From a virus: a DNA stretch of 64,000 nt. The notes below the pieces were generated by a model. That model saw only the letters and a list, made by a program, of their open reading frames with translations. It was not told where the DNA came from and ran no database searches. The stretch covers positions 33,307 to 97,306 of the IMG/VR virus record IMGVR_UViG_3300031576_000011. One strand, written 5' to 3'. A program made the translations under genes and the position numbers. Below, one piece after another: positions 28,565-39,651 of this stretch (within the stretch, counting starts at the first letter, position 1; each line of letters starts with the position of its first letter).

Positions 28565-31186
28565 CTATCCGGTTACGGTCGTGCCATCTGGCATGGCCGC
28601 CGGCATCGTGGCGTTGATCAGTTGCTGCTTCCGCACCAGCAGCCCGTGAACGCGACGGTCGAGCTCGTGGTCAGCCACAAGGCGCTGCACGAGCACGCCG
28701 CGGTGCTGCCCGATCCTGCAAAGGCGATCTTCCGCCTGCTGGTTCAGGGCCGGGGTCCAGTCTAGGGACACGAACACGACGTGCGCCGCCTTGGTCAGTG
28801 TGAGCCCTGTCCCGGCCGCCTGGATGGTGCCGGCGAGCCCGCGGTGCGTCCCGGACTGGAAGGCCGCGGCCACCTCGGCCCGCCGCTCGTCTGGGGTGTC
28901 GCCGGTGATGGTGAGCCAGCCCGGCCGCGCGGCCACGAGGTCGATCGCGGCGCGATGGGGCGAGAACACGATCAGCGGCTCCTCCGCCTCCTCGTACGAC
29001 TCGACGAGCTCGAGGAGCGCCGGGATCTTCGCGGCCGAGAGCGCCGTGCGCGCCGCCGAGATCCGGCGCATCACGTCCTCGGGAATCCGGAGATCGACTT
29101 CCAGGGCGGCCTCCGAGAGCTCAATCCCGCAGCCCCGGAGCATCTCGAGGACGTCGTCGCACATCGTGCGCGTCGCCTTGTCGATGCCGTTCACGAGGAT
29201 GTCCTGGTACCGCTTCGGCGGCAGCTCAGGGAGCACGTCCATGCGCCGCCTGCGGAGGCAGACCTTGGCCAGCAGCCCAGGGACCTCGGGCGCAGGCATG
29301 CCCCACTCATACCCCCCGAAGTAGCCCTTGCGCGCGTCGAAGAGCCGGAGGAACCGGGGCCAGGATCCGAACGCCTCCTCGGCCAGGCTGGCGGCGTGGA
29401 GCACGTACCAGAGTTCGCTCGGGCGGTTGAGCATCGGGGTTCCAGAGAGCATCCAGGTCCGTCCCATCCGGTCGAGCACCGCTCGCGACACCGCCTCGAA
29501 CTTTCGTGTCCGCTTGGACTGCCCGTTCTTCACGAGGTGGCAGTTGTGGACCAGGAGACCGTTCACCGAGTACGACGGGTGCCCTGCAACCTCGAGATTG
29601 TGGACGACAACCTCGCCGCCGTCGTAGCCCAGCGCTTCAAGATCTCGTCGTTCGAGAATCTCGACACCGTCCAGCCGAGCGAAGCCAGGACGCGGTCCTT
29701 GCGCCGATCCTGCGCCTGGCGATCGAGGGCCCGGTGTGATCCGCCATCTGCCTCGATCGCCAGGCGCAGGGCCGGGATGGCGACGTCGATCTTGTAGTGA
29801 CACGGGGATCCCATCCGCCTGCCAGTCCGTATCACGAAGTTCGACTCGGCCATCGGACCAAGGAATCGCAAGAGCCTCCGCTCCGGTCTGGTCGGTCCGG
29901 CGCCATTCCCGCCGCGCACCGACGGCCGATGACCCATCGCACGAAGGGTCGCCGACAGCCGTTGCCTGACCGCGGCCCGCCACATCGGGTTGCGCGTCCG
30001 CATCCGCTTTGACGAGCGCGCCGCCAGCGATGGATCCCTTCGGTTGGCCGCTCGGCCGGCCGCGCTGATCCTGGCGCGCACCTTCGCACAGTAGACCTTG
30101 GCTCTGATCTCTGGTTGCCACATTCTCCACGTCGCCGAGCAGGATGTTCCGCAGAATCTGGTGGGCCACGGGCGGTCCGGATACAGCCTTCGACAGTACG
30201 CGCATCGCCGTGAGGGCTTGGGATGCATGGGTAGTCATCATCCACTGTCCAGGCACTAGGTCAAGAGCGCGGCGCCAGCCACGGCCTGTCATGAACTTGT
30301 GGTTCTGGGTGACCACGATCGTGCTATCTCCAACGGTCAGCCGCACCATGCTCCGGGCTCGGCGGACGGACAACGCGAGCACGCGTCCAGCCCCTACCGC
30401 GTTGCAGACAACCTCGCCGACCCGCACACGCTCGATCGCCTTCGGGCCGCGCGGCGTGTCCACGAGCGTCCCGGATGGAAAGCACTCGTCCGCGATGAGG
30501 ATGGTGCCATCTGGCGGCGGGCCGTACTTCTCGTGCAGCACCTCACGCCGGTGCTCCCCGGGCTTGACGACGTCTGGCAAGACGTCGTAGTTGAGTACGA
30601 CCGCGTGCCCAGGCTGCGGCCAGTGGAAGGACTTGCGCCCTCGCAGCACCTCGACCTTCAGGTCCGGGCGCCACTTCGCCGCCTCCGCCCGCCACACGCC
30701 CTTGACAGAAGCCGGACAGACCACTACACTTGGTGCGCGCTTCGGTATCGCCAGAAGCGCCTGACACGTCTTGCCCAGACCGGGCTCGTCCGCAAGCAGC
30801 GCCCGGTCCCGGCCCGAGAGCCAGGCGACGCCGGTCTTCTGGTACGGGTAGAGCGCCGCCCCGTCGTCGGCCGCGGTCGCCGCCTCGGCCCCATGCGTGA
30901 GCCGGACCGCGGTCCGGGTCCGGTTGTGCTGGGCGACCGCGTACGCCTCGAGCGCCGCCCGGAGGTCCGGCTGCACGTAGGAGACCAGCTCCCGGATCCG
31001 GAGGGCGTCCAGCACCGCCTGGGTCTGCCCGCGCTCGCAGACCTGGGCCTTGCAGACCGGGTCGTACCGGGCGCCGGCCTCCCGGCACGCCTCGCGGTAC
31101 GACTCGAAGTCCCGGCGCGGGACGTAGCCCTGTGGCTCGATCCGGGTGCGGCCGTCGACCATCAGAGAGAGGGCGATCGTGCTCAT
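28565..31186 (-). CDS. SNF2-family helicase containing an intein
   Basis: LYPYQ, LLADEPGLGKT, DE[intein]CH, LSGTPMLNRPSEL, GTGLTLTKA, QAEDRLCRIGQ. Confidence 0.92.
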   Translation of the reverse strand: MSTIALSLMVDGRTRIEPQGYVPRRDFESYREACREAGARYDPVCKAQVCERGQTQAVLDALRIRELVSYVQPDLRAALEAYAVAQHNRTRTAVRLTHGAEAATAADDGAALYPYQKTGVAWLSGRDRALLADEPGLGKTCQALLAIPKRAPSVVVCPASVKGVWRAEAAKWRPDLKVEVLRGRKSFHWPQPGHAVVLNYDVLPDVVKPGEHRREVLHEKYGPPPDGTILIADECFPSGTLVDTPRGPKAIERVRVGEVVCNAVGAGRVLALSVRRARSMVRLTVGDSTIVVTQNHKFMTGRGWRRALDLVPGQWMMTTHASQALTAMRVLSKAVSGPPVAHQILRNILLGDVENVATRDQSQGLLCEGARQDQRGRPSGQPKGSIAGGALVKADADAQPDVAGRGQATAVGDPSCDGSSAVGARREWRRTDQTGAEALAIPWSDGRVELRDTDWQADGIPVSLQDRRRHPGPAPGDRGRWRITPGPRSPGAGSAQGPRPGFARLDGVEILERRDLEALGYDGGEVVVHNLEVAGHPSYSVNGLLVHNCHLVKNGQSKRTRKFEAVSRAVLDRMGRTWMLSGTPMLNRPSELWYVLHAASLAEEAFGSWPRFLRLFDARKGYFGGYEWGMPAPEVPGLLAKVCLRRRRMDVLPELPPKRYQDILVNGIDKATRTMCDDVLEMLRGCGIELSEAALEVDLRIPEDVMRRISAARTALSAAKIPALLELVESYEEAEEPLIVFSPHRAAIDLVAARPGWLTITGDTPDERRAEVAAAFQSGTHRGLAGTIQAAGTGLTLTKAAHVVFVSLDWTPALNQQAEDRLCRIGQHRGVLVQRLVADHELDRRVHGLLVRKQQLINATMPAAMPDGTTVTG
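29543..30484 (-). mobile_element. Intein (314 aa) in the helicase Walker B motif
   Basis: Starts CFPSGTLV, block B VTQNHKF, ends VHNLEV...Y..NGLLVHN followed by Cys. Confidence 0.9.
29563..30228 (-). CDS. DUF559 / Vsr-like endonuclease nested in an alternative frame of the intein
   Basis: CAYC...FCGTSC, T.PER.L, YKIDVA....LAIEADGGSH, DRRKD..L..LGW.V.RF.N. Confidence 0.8.
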   Translation of the reverse strand: MHPKPSRRCAYCRRLYPDRPWPTRFCGTSCSATWRMWQPEIRAKVYCAKVRARISAAGRAANRRDPSLAARSSKRMRTRNPMWRAAVRQRLSATLRAMGHRPSVRGGNGAGPTRPERRLLRFLGPMAESNFVIRTGRRMGSPCHYKIDVAIPALRLAIEADGGSHRALDRQAQDRRKDRVLASLGWTVSRFSNDEILKRWATTAARLSSTISRLQGTRRTR

Positions 31187-32140
31187 CGACCCCGCAGGCC
31201 CGAGCGGCGGTCCTGGGACACCATGTCGATCTCGATTCCGCTCACCTCACAGACCGCCGCGGTGGGCCCGCCGATGTCCAGGCGGGACAGGACGATGTTG
31301 CGGGCCACCTGCTCGGCCTCCTTCTCGTTGCGTGCGAGCACGCCCCAGAGCTCCACGGAAAGATCCCCGCGGAGCTGCACCTCGAAGCGCTGTCGCCGCG
31401 CCTGGGGCTTCGTCTTCCTTCGCGTCTTCATGCGTGGTCCTTCCGGGCCTCGCCCGGGGTTCGGGTCTCCTGCAGGGCGTCGGCGATCTCGGCGCCGATC
31501 ACGTCGTTGATCTCCATCGGGTCCGCGGGCCGCTCCCCGTTGGCGCAGGCCCGTGCGATCTCCTCGACCACCGAGTGGGACGCGCGGTCCCAGACCGCGC
31601 GCAGCGCGAGCAGCGCGTCTGCCACGGTCTCCGCCTCGGCCTGGTCGAGGTAGATCGCCACGATGTGCTCGGGCACGAGACCGCCCTTGAACTGCTGGGC
31701 GAGCCCCTGCACGTGGGTCTGGAACAGGATGTCCCCGCGCGTCGGGCGCCCCGACAGGGATCCCAGCGGGGTGCAGACCACCCAGAACTTCTCGATCTTC
31801 ATGGCATGCTCCTTTCGGTTGCGTGTTCGTTGAACGCCAGGGCTCGGGCCGCCCGCGCCAAGCGCACGGCCCGCGGCCAGTTGCGCTTGGACGCCCGCTC
31901 GGCCAGCTGGGTGAGGCGCCAGGCGCGCTGGATGCGCGCCAGGTCCGCCATCACCGCGGCGTGTCGATCAGTTTCCACGGGTCTCCTCCGGCGGGAGTCG
32001 GTCCCGCAGGACGCGCAGGACTCTGGCGATCAGCGCGAGCTCCATCTCTCGGGCTGGGCCCGGGTGCTCCTGGAGCAGCTCGGCCACGCACGACTCGATG
32101 CGGTTCGCCACCGTCGCCTTCTGCGCCTCGGTCATGGGCG

Positions 32141-32422
32141 CTACGCCCCCTCGCTGGCCTGTGGCGGGGCAGCACGCGCGAGCCACGCCGTCACCTTGTC
32201 GGGACTTCCCCAGGCTTCGGCCGGGCACTCGTTGTAGAGCCAGGCCGCCCAGTCCCGCATCGCGGCGGTGTTCTCCTCGTCCGCCGCGCTGTAGGCGCCG
32301 ACGAGATCGTTTTCGAGCACGGCAGTCAGGAAGGACCCGACCCGGCAGTGCTGCTCGACGTAGCGGCGCGCCCCATCCTGCATGTGCGCCGGCAAGCGGG
32401 AGTAGTCGATCTCGCTGGGCAT
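32141..32422 (-). CDS. Hypothetical phage protein
   Basis: RYVE.H...GSFL.AVLENDL...AD.EN...WGS; coding-like codon usage. Confidence 0.7.
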   Translation of the reverse strand: MPSEIDYSRLPAHMQDGARRYVEQHCRVGSFLTAVLENDLVGAYSAADEENTAAMRDWAAWLYNECPAEAWGSPDKVTAWLARAAPPQASEGA

Positions 32423-32424
32423 GG

Positions 32425-33141
32425 CTAGCGGCTCCCTTCTGGCACTGTGGCCAGAGCGGTTCCTTCCCGAATCACCTCGGCGGTACGGACCTCGAGCAGC
32501 CGCTCCACCGTGTCAACCTGCACGCGCAGCGGGTGGTCGGTCGGCAACGTGGACAGGGTGTCCATGTCCTGCCACCCGAGGAACGTCCGCGCGGCACACG
32601 GGTCGCCAAATATCCAGGCGGTCAGCGCGGCGTACTTCTCCTTGCAGAGCGCGTGGTTCGCGAGCGAGATGCTCGGGTCCATCGCGGCCATCCCGACGGT
32701 CGCGTTGCTGGCCGGATCGAAGATCGCCACGCGGGTGACGGCGCTCCCGGGGATCGTGCCCCGGTGTCCGATCGTCCCCAGGCCCTCGAGCGAGGCGCGC
32801 CACTGGCCGGCGTACAGGTGGGCGCGCCGCCGCCACCACAACGTGCGCTCGCGCAGGTTCCCGGTCGGCTGGCCGGGGTGTCCGCGCATGGCCTGCTCGC
32901 ACCAGTCCTCGTCCGGCTGCAGGCGGGACTGCTCGAGCCGGTTCACGTCGATCTCCACCAGCCCCCAGCGCCCGCCGCCGGTGGCGTTCGCCGCGAAGTA
33001 CCCGGCGTAGACGTCGGTGAGGTACACGGTCTTCGCGTTGCTGGGCAGCGTCCAGTTCCCGGCGGCCCGCCCGCGCGGCCGGAGCCCGTGCGTGAAGGCG
33101 CCGCGCGCCACCGCCTCGGTCGTGCCGTGGTAGAGCCTCAC
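32425..33141 (-). CDS. Putative ADP-ribosyltransferase-fold protein
   Basis: RLYHGT.......GL.P, VYLT...A..FA, LVEID. Confidence 0.55.
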   Translation of the reverse strand: MRLYHGTTEAVARGAFTHGLRPRGRAAGNWTLPSNAKTVYLTDVYAGYFAANATGGGRWGLVEIDVNRLEQSRLQPDEDWCEQAMRGHPGQPTGNLRERTLWWRRRAHLYAGQWRASLEGLGTIGHRGTIPGSAVTRVAIFDPASNATVGMAAMDPSISLANHALCKEKYAALTAWIFGDPCAARTFLGWQDMDTLSTLPTDHPLRVQVDTVERLLEVRTAEVIREGTALATVPEGSR

Positions 33142-33506
33142 GCGCCACCCGGCGTCGCGGGCGGCGCTGGGGCATGGGCTGCGGCATTCCTCGCCGCCTC
33201 CTCCTGGGCGTGGGACATGATGTGGCCGTGCCTGAGAATGCTCTCGACCATCCAGTCGTAGCCACAGAACCCGGCCGACTTCTTCGCCCGCTCGCCCTTC
33301 GGGAGTGCGCGCGCCGACACGCTCGCGCACCACCCGTCGCCGAAGTTGTACGACCACGAGGCACGGCCGTTCGCATCGAGGTTCAGCCGCGCCGTGATCT
33401 TTTCCGCGAGCGTGCGGACGATGGCGTAGTGCTTGCCCTCGCCGCTCCACTTGCCGTTCCATGAGGCGACACCGGGCATGGTCAGAACGAACTCGATGCG
33501 CTTCAT
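33138..33506 (-). CDS. Hypothetical phage protein
   Basis: RBS GGAGGAGG; SWNGKWSG, Y.FGDGW, GFCGYDWM. Confidence 0.7.
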   Translation of the reverse strand: MKRIEFVLTMPGVASWNGKWSGEGKHYAIVRTLAEKITARLNLDANGRASWSYNFGDGWCASVSARALPKGERAKKSAGFCGYDWMVESILRHGHIMSHAQEEAARNAAAHAPAPPATPGGA

Positions 33507-34022
33507 GGTGCCTCCTCCGGCGCGAACAGGTCGTCGATCTGGACCCACACCGCGGCGCCTCGGACTGCGGCGCGACCCACGTAGCCGCGCAGCAACGTCT
33601 CCCGGATGTCGATCTCCCAGCTGGTCGCGCATCGGACGATGCGAAAATCCAGGCTCGGCCCGTGCCGATGCGTGCGCGCCGCGACGTCTGTCAGGAAGTC
33701 GAACAGCGCGACGGCGCTGGTGAACTCGCGTTCCATCACGCCTCCTTCAGCCACTCCCCGCAGGCCACGCACTCGTGTGTGGCCCGGCCGTAGAAGCCAA
33801 CTCCCGTGATCGGCCGCCGGTTCATGTGCCGGCACCCAGGCTTCGGCTCGCGCCGGCGCACCACCGCGCCGGGGTGGTGGTGCAGCGCCTCGGAGAGCGC
33901 GGCCGCGAACGTGGGGTGTGGCCCATGGTCCGAGCGGGGATCCCACGTCTCGTACGCGGCGCCAATCGGCTCCCAGCACCAGCCGGTCTCGATCTCGTAC
34001 AACCGGATGGCGAAGCCCGCGC

Positions 34023-34502
34023 TCACGACAGCAAGCCCCGCTCGGCCAGGGACACGTACTTCCCCTCACTCCCGATCACGACGTGGTCGAGCAGCTCGAT
34101 CGCCAGGATCTTCCCGGCCGCGGAGAGTCGGCGCGTGAGCGCCACGTCCTCCGGGCTCGGCTCGGGATCGCCACTGGGATGGGCGTGCGCGACCAGGATC
34201 GCGGCGGCCGACTCGTGGATCGCGCGGCGGAACACGTCGCGCGGAGACACCAGCGAGGCGTCCAGCGTCCCCAGGCTCACGAGGTGGATGGCGGTCACGC
34301 GTCGCTGCGTGTTCACGTGCAGCACCACGAACATCTCCTGGGACGCCGACCAGATCATCGGGGCGAGGAAGGCGACGGCGTCCGCGGCCTTCCCGATCAC
34401 CGGGCCGATCGGCGCCGGCGCCACGCCGCTGGCCGCCGCGACGTCACGCACGAGGCTGGCCCCACGCAGGGGGCCAGAGAATCCTGGGCTCCGCCGGCGC
34501 AT
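34023..34502 (-). CDS. radC: RadC-like JAB domain protein
   Basis: E.F.V...N, GTLDASLV.PRDVF, HAHPSGDPEPSPED, LLDHVVIG. Confidence 0.9.
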   Translation of the reverse strand: MRRRSPGFSGPLRGASLVRDVAAASGVAPAPIGPVIGKAADAVAFLAPMIWSASQEMFVVLHVNTQRRVTAIHLVSLGTLDASLVSPRDVFRRAIHESAAAILVAHAHPSGDPEPSPEDVALTRRLSAAGKILAIELLDHVVIGSEGKYVSLAERGLLS

Positions 34503-35295
34503 CAGACTCCCTGCCGCGCGAAGTACGCGTCGCTCCGGGCCTCGGCCTCGGCCTGCTCCTGCGCCACGCGCGCCTCGGCCGCAGCCCGCTCGGCCTGCTC
34601 CGCCAGCCAGTTGAGCTCGATCCACATCACCGCCTCGTGGACCGTCTCGAAGTAGTGGGACGCCTGGCACGGCCCCAGCCGCGCCCCGGCGATCCCGTCG
34701 TAGACCGCGTGGACCGTGCCGGGCTCGCGCCGCGGGCAGCGGCAGTCGTCCGGGCGGCAGAACTCGTGACCGCTGCGGTAGTGGTTGGGCCCGTAGTCGA
34801 GGTAGTTCCCGACGCTCGATTCCTGGCCGGTCGGGACGGCCCAGCCCCGATCGGTCGTGGCCCACTCCGGGCTCTCGAATGGGGCCCGGCACGTGTGGTG
34901 GTCCCAGCGGATCATGCGCTCTCCCTTCGGCGGACGCGCCGCCACTGTCGCTCGGGCCATGCCGAGCGGTCCCGCGCCCAGCGATCGATCACTCGGGGCG
35001 GGAACATCCCGTCCGGCATCCGCGACGGGGGCACGAGCGTGGCGCGCTGCGCGTTGAGCGTCCCGAGCGGGTAGGGCCGTCCCTTCACCCCCGCCGTGCC
35101 GAAGGCGTACCAGACGGCCCTCCGGTCCTGGTCCTCGCACCACCGCCGCACGATCCTGACGCGGTGCTGGGCCTCCGCGTGTGTCGAGAACGGGCCCAGC
35201 AACAGGGCGGAGCGTCCGGCGTCCTGCACCGAGACGTAGAACCGCTCGTCGCGTGGGTGCGACTGGTTCGCGCAGCGCTCGCAGGGGTCGTGCAT

Positions 35296-35670
35296 CTAGT
35301 ACCCCATCGCCTCGGCGGCGTGGTCGCGCTGGTCGCGCGTCACGACGGTCCACTCCGGGTAGCGGAATCCCTCGATCTCGTGGGCGGCCAGGCGGTCGAG
35401 CGGGCAGAACGACACGGTGGTCCGCTCGAGGAGGCCGTCGCAGTCCCGACTGCGGAAGTGCTCCTCGCGCCGGATCCCGTCGCCCACGTGCTCGTAGGTC
35501 GTCTCCACGTATTCGTAGCCTTCCTCGCTCGGACCGCCCTCGCGCAGCGTCACGGACTCGCCCTCGATCATGGCGAACCCGCGGGGCCCGCTCTCGCCCG
35601 CGTTCGGATCGCCGTGGTCGTGCCACGCCCAGAAGATCGCGCGGCCGCGTGCATCGCCGTTCGGATTCAC
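35296..35670 (-). CDS. Hypothetical protein, paralogue of 42465-42803
   Basis: Shared RDC(D/E)G, RLAA, P.W and C-terminal GY. Confidence 0.65.
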   Translation of the reverse strand: MNPNGDARGRAIFWAWHDHGDPNAGESGPRGFAMIEGESVTLREGGPSEEGYEYVETTYEHVGDGIRREEHFRSRDCDGLLERTTVSFCPLDRLAAHEIEGFRYPEWTVVTRDQRDHAAEAMGY

Positions 35671-36664
35671 GATCGGTCCTCCTTCACGCTCAGGACCGGC
35701 AACACCTCGTTGCCGATCGTCTCGGCGCACAGCGCCGCGGTGTCGTCCCCGAGCCGTTCGTAGATGCCTGCGCCGGTGAACGCGACGAGGTCCGCGTCCG
35801 TACGCATCTGGTGGTTGACATCCAGCAGCAGTTCGTGGGCGGAGAGGATCCACGCCTTCGTCCGAGACCACGCCGCCTCCTCTGTGGTGCGTCCCCGGAG
35901 CGCCGCGTCCAGCACCGCGATGTCTGCCCGCGCTTGATCCCACTTCGTCATGACGCCTCCTTGCGATCCCGAAGTTCCTCGGCGCACCATTCCACCAGCT
36001 GTCTCCCGGCCGCGAAGATGCCTGCGAACTTCATGTGCTCGATCATGAGCGCCCGCACGACCGCCGCAGGATGCCGGGCGAGGATCTCGCGCACCGCGGC
36101 GCGTCCCCACGTGGCGCCCAGGCGGCTGATCTCGATCTGCGCCTGCGCGGCGAGTTGCCGGTCGGTGAAGGCGGTCACCGGCACGCCGCGCCCCAGGCCG
36201 CCTTCATGCCGTAGCCGAGCTGCGACCCCTCGACGATGAAGACGTCGGTGGCCCGGTTCTCCGTGCCGATCGCCGGCACGGCGTCTCCCGCGTCCTCGCC
36301 GTGCGACTCGCGCTCGACGCGTTCCTGGCGCAGGCAGTCCTCGCGGCTGACCACACCAGCGATGCCGTACTCGAACGGCCAGTTCGACTGGCACATCAGA
36401 CGCACGGTTGCCTCGGGTTCGTGGTCTTCGAGCAGGCGGATCAACTCTCGCGCCTTCATACGCCGCTCCTCTCCCTGAGGGCGTGGCCCTCCGCGTTCCG
36501 GATCGCTCCCTCCACCGACTTCAGGGCCCGCCGGCAGTAGGCGGCCGCGTGGTGCGCGCTCGCGTGCCGGCACTGGTAGGCGGCCGCCCGCAGGTACGCG
36601 ACCGCGTCGCGGAGCCGCTTCAGGTCGTTCGGATGCACGGGCCGCCCGCGCTGTCGAATCCCCA

Positions 36665-37573
36665 TCACGCGCCTCCCTCCGAAGATCCAGGCCCAGGGTC
36701 GGGCGTCAGCGACGTCCCCTGCGACTCGGCGACCGCGATGGCCGCGGCCACCAGCTGCTCGATCCGCTGGCGCGACACCCGCAGCAGCCCCGCCACCTCG
36801 ACCTCCTTGAACCCGATCGCCACGAGGCAGACCGCCGCCGCCTTCCGAACGGTGACGACCGGCTTGTGTCGGGCGTCTGGCCACGGGCAGCCGAGTTGGC
36901 GCGCGATCAATCGCAGGTACATCGGCGTCAGCCCGAGGCGCGCCGCGACTCCCATCAGCGACTCCCCGGACGCGCGCGCGGCGATCACCGCGTCGTGACG
37001 CGCGGCCCGCACGGTCTTGGACGGTATCTTCGCCGCTCGTCGCCACGACGCGACCGTGCTCCGGTCCACGTTCAGACGGTCGGCGACCCAGTTGTCCGGC
37101 TCCTTGCCGAGCCACGCGAACTCCTCGGGCGTGGCGATCCGCGCCAGGGGTCCGCCGCGGGGCCGGCTCAGGCCGAGATCCCGGCGCTTCTTGTTGTAGG
37201 TCGCCGGGCAGAGGTCGTGGCGCACCGCGAAGTCCCGATACCGGAGCGTCCGGACATCCTCCAACATCTTGTCGGTCCAGAGGACCGCGCCAGGTCGTCT
37301 GGCCAGGCCCAGGCGGACGCGCTTCTGGGAGACGGTGTACGGTTTGAGTCCGTACTTCCTCGCGACCTCGATCGGCCGGAGCACGTGGAGGTCCGCAAGC
37401 ATCGCCTCGGTCCAGCTGGTCTGGGCCACTCTAGGCTCCGAGATCCCCAGGCGTCGTCGCTTGGTCGACACCGTGGCCAAGGACATGTGGTACCGCTCCG
37501 CGAAGACGCGGCGCCGCATCGTCCGGAGGTCCGCGATCATCTCGGCGCTCCACTCGATCGCCCGTGCGCTCAT
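36665..37573 (-). CDS. Tandem multi-HTH DNA-binding protein
   Basis: Three W...M..D.......A......T...KR..LG repeats plus three further HTH-like units. Confidence 0.7.
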   Translation of the reverse strand: MSARAIEWSAEMIADLRTMRRRVFAERYHMSLATVSTKRRRLGISEPRVAQTSWTEAMLADLHVLRPIEVARKYGLKPYTVSQKRVRLGLARRPGAVLWTDKMLEDVRTLRYRDFAVRHDLCPATYNKKRRDLGLSRPRGGPLARIATPEEFAWLGKEPDNWVADRLNVDRSTVASWRRAAKIPSKTVRAARHDAVIAARASGESLMGVAARLGLTPMYLRLIARQLGCPWPDARHKPVVTVRKAAAVCLVAIGFKEVEVAGLLRVSRQRIEQLVAAAIAVAESQGTSLTPDPGPGSSEGGA

Positions 37574-39651
37574 GCGACGAACACCACCCGCGCGTACTCC
37601 GGCATGGGGATGGCCGTCCCGCATGGCGCGCTCGCGCCGTTCGCTTGGATGCATCGCAGGGCGCGCGTCGCGATCGCGCGCATCCGCCCTGGCCGCACGC
37701 GCACCTCCCAGACTCCGTACCGCACCTCGATCTCCAGAACCTGGAAGTCCCCGTGCTCGGTCATCACCAGTTCGTAGGGCCCGGTGTGCCCACACGCCGG
37801 ACACCGCGGCCCCTCGTACTCGTTAGCCATCGGTCCTCCCTGGGGTCGCGCGGTGGATCGGCGTGCGGCCGCGGTTCCACACGCGGACCACCTGCCCCGC
37901 GATCACCGCCGCGTAGATCCCGAAGTCCTGGCCTTCGTGCCGCAGCCACACCACGCCCTCGTCCACCACGAAGGTGTGGCCCGGGTTCTCGGTCCGTAGA
38001 TCGTGCGCCAGCGCGTCGAGCGTCACGCCTGCACCAGCTTGCCGACCCGCTTCGCCGCCGCGATCCCCGCGAGCACCATGCTGGCGAGGAAGGTCTGGGT
38101 CGCGATCTCCGGAGGCAGCAGGGAGTCGGTCGCCTGCTTCGCGTCCGCGACCGCGGCGCGCCAGGTGTTGCGTACCTCCTCGAGCACGGCCGCGCCCACG
38201 TCGGCATCGCTCGCCTCGAGGTGGTGCTCCCGAAGGTACGCCATGGCCCCGCGCACGGCCGTCGCCATCGCGCGCTCCGCCAGCGCCCGCAGCGCCGGGT
38301 CCGTCTCGGTCGTCATCGCGTCCGCCTCCCGTCGCCGTCGCGCCCACACACCATCGCGAGGGCGCGGTCGATCTCGTCCTGGAGTTGCTTCGCCCCGCAG
38401 GTGCATGGCCCGTGCCGCTGGCCCATCCGCCAGTACGGGCACTCCCGGGCGTGACAGGTCGTCACCGCGACGCCCGGATTCATCAGCAGGCGTCGGACGG
38501 CATCCCACGCCACCACCGATCGCCTTCCCGCGATTCCTCTGCGCGCGGCCCGGCGCGTTCACGCGCCATCCCTCTCGGGATCGAACGGACCGGGGCCCGG
38601 GGCGAAGCCCGCGAACCGCTCGCCCGCCACCCGCAGCTCGTCGATCGTGCCCTCGCTGTCGCGGCAGAACAGGCGGCGCCCCCGCAGCCGATCGGCCGCC
38701 ACCAACTCGGCGACCACCTGCTCGGCGTCGTTCGTGACCGTGGGGTGTCGATCCCACGGCCCGAGGTCCCGGATCAGGATGGCCTCGGGCGTCTCCCGCA
38801 CCACCCGGTACCGTGCGCGCTTCAGCATCTGTCCTCCTCGAAATCCTGGGCCCCGGCCGCGCCTCCACCAGTCCGTCGCACGCCACGTCGTGTGGCATGT
38901 CGCATGGCACGTGGTGTGGCGAGGGGTCTACCGCGTGTTCAGCGTCTCGCAGAGCAGCCCGACCTCCTCGGGATCCATCGCCGCGACCGTCCCGCCGTTC
39001 GTGAGCACGTCCGCGATCGCCGGGTCGAGCGTCCCCGCCGCGAGCGCCGCCTCGAGCAGGCGGAGCCCCGCGAGGATCGGGTGGATCGCGCGCCCACCCC
39101 AGGGCTCGTCGAACTTCACGCCGAGCATGCCGCGCGCCAGGTCCGTCGCGATCGCGGCCGCCTGCTTCGCCCCGTCGCTTCCCGTCCCGATCTCGAACCT
39201 CGGACGCGCCCCGGACGGCAGCACCACGACTCGGTAGAACCGTGCGGGCCACGCCTCGGCCCAGACACACACGTGCCGGCCGTCGCTGGCGGGCGCGTAC
39301 TTGGCGACGAGCACCCACTGCGCGTGCGGGAACGCCGCGGGCCCGCACCAGTGCGTGCCGAACGGCACGCGGTCGGTGTCCCGCACCTCGTACATCGACT
39401 GCATGATGTCGTCGCTCCGCATGGGTGCCTCCTTCGGTTAGGCCGCGACCACCCACTGCCCTGGGTGGCGCGCCAGCACGGCTCGGATCGCCTCGTCCTG
39501 CTCGACCCGGCAGTCGGCCGTCGCCGTGTAGCGCGCGACCGGACGCCGGGTGCCCAGCAGGATCTCGTTGCACCTCCACCACTCGGCTCCGGCCGCGCAC
39601 TCGAGGCACGCGCACGTCGGCCAGACGGTCAGGTGGTAGAGCGCCTCCACG

